From Camelus ferus (lineage: Eukaryota): a stretch of DNA of 64,000 bases. Position 1 is the stretch's first letter, and every line of letters starts with the position of its first letter. Under the pieces are notes generated by a model that was given only the letters and a program-made list of their open reading frames with translations, was not told the DNA's origin and did no database searches. Positions 63,261-64,000 of the stretch are shown here, in pieces. Where the stretch lies: NCBI RefSeq assembly GCF_009834535.1, contig NC_045696.1, positions 35,280,001 through 35,344,000 of the forward strand, written 5' to 3'. Position numbers and translations under genes: made by a program.

Positions 63261-63479
63261 TACATGTTAATCACCAAGCTGTTGGATAAGTTTCCATTCT
63301 ACCATGTACTTAGAAAATGAAAACAAGAAATATTATTGAACTATTTTAATGTTTATCATAGTAGTCAACCAATTTTCACTATTCTTACTTTTGATGTGAC
63401 TATTATTTTAAAAGGTTCTATATATATCTTCATTGTTTGGGGACTATACCCTTTTCAGTTCAATTTAGAAAAAATTTTT

Positions 63480-64000
63480 TAAATCAGTCTCATGTGCAAG
63501 GCATTTGGATTATCTAAAGAAAAACCAGAGTTCTGATGCTCAAGAAGCTTATGCCGAAATTATGGAGCCTGATATATATATAAACATATTATTGATGGTA
63601 CAATGTAAATTTGCAGGTTAATTATATAAATAAAATAATCTTAGGTTACAGAAATGTAGTAATAAATGCTAACCAAAGAACTGAAGAATGATCTATACAA
63701 ATAACATCTCAAGTAAATTACACTAGAGGATTACCATCCATTAGAGGAGGATGGAGGAGATGGGGAACACTCAACCAGTTAAGGAGACAAGAAGAATAAA
63801 GCCAGCGTACTATGAAGGTGCCTCATGACCAGAGTTCAGCCCATGGCAGGGAGGAAACGGGAAAATGGAGCTGAGCTTTGCTGAGGATTTTGAATACCTT
63901 GCTAAGGAGGTCAGGCTTTATTTTCTGGGAACTGGAGAATCAACTGAGCTTTAGATCAGGAGTATAAATGATTGGATTTTTATTTTAAAGGGATGAATGT
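63480..64000 (-). mobile_element. L2 LINE fragment (runs off window)
   Basis: atgtgcaaggca ... gctcaagaagctta ... ttgaataccttgctaaggagg ... tttattttct ... gatttttattttaaagggat. Confidence 0.6.

Noticed and set aside
1..64000. tRNA, rRNA, snRNA, mature miRNA or prokaryotic/phage systems
   Set aside because: None recognised on either strand by eye; an Rfam/Infernal scan would be needed to exclude small RNAs formally.

Overview
AT-rich mammalian genomic DNA, probably a camelid (Cetartiodactyla-type LINE-1 3' ends; no Alu, Bov-tA/BovB, PRE-1 or Can-SINE recognised). There are no prokaryotic features and no recognisable protein-coding gene; the supplied ORFs are mostly L1/LTR debris or chance ORFs. 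Roughly a third to 40% of the window is transposon-derived: two 5-kb L1s, a 3-kb ERVL-type provirus with a second LTR nested in it, solo LTRs, MIR, L2, L3 and MITEs. The main non-repeat signal is a small CpG-rich promoter at about 58.08-58.32 kb (YY1, BANP-like, GC-box and NRF1-like motifs) that appears to fire leftward. A chain of minus-strand splice-bounded segments follows it (57959-~58165, 54621-54647, 48625-48672, 19522-19668, 4471-4496, and a large exon starting at 2304). Together these suggest a spliced long non-coding or 5'-leader transcript carrying only small ORFs. Its layout recalls the miR-181a-1/b-1 host gene, but I cannot confirm that and saw no mature miR-181 sequence in the window. 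Repeat family names come from recalled consensus motifs and repeat boundaries are approximate.
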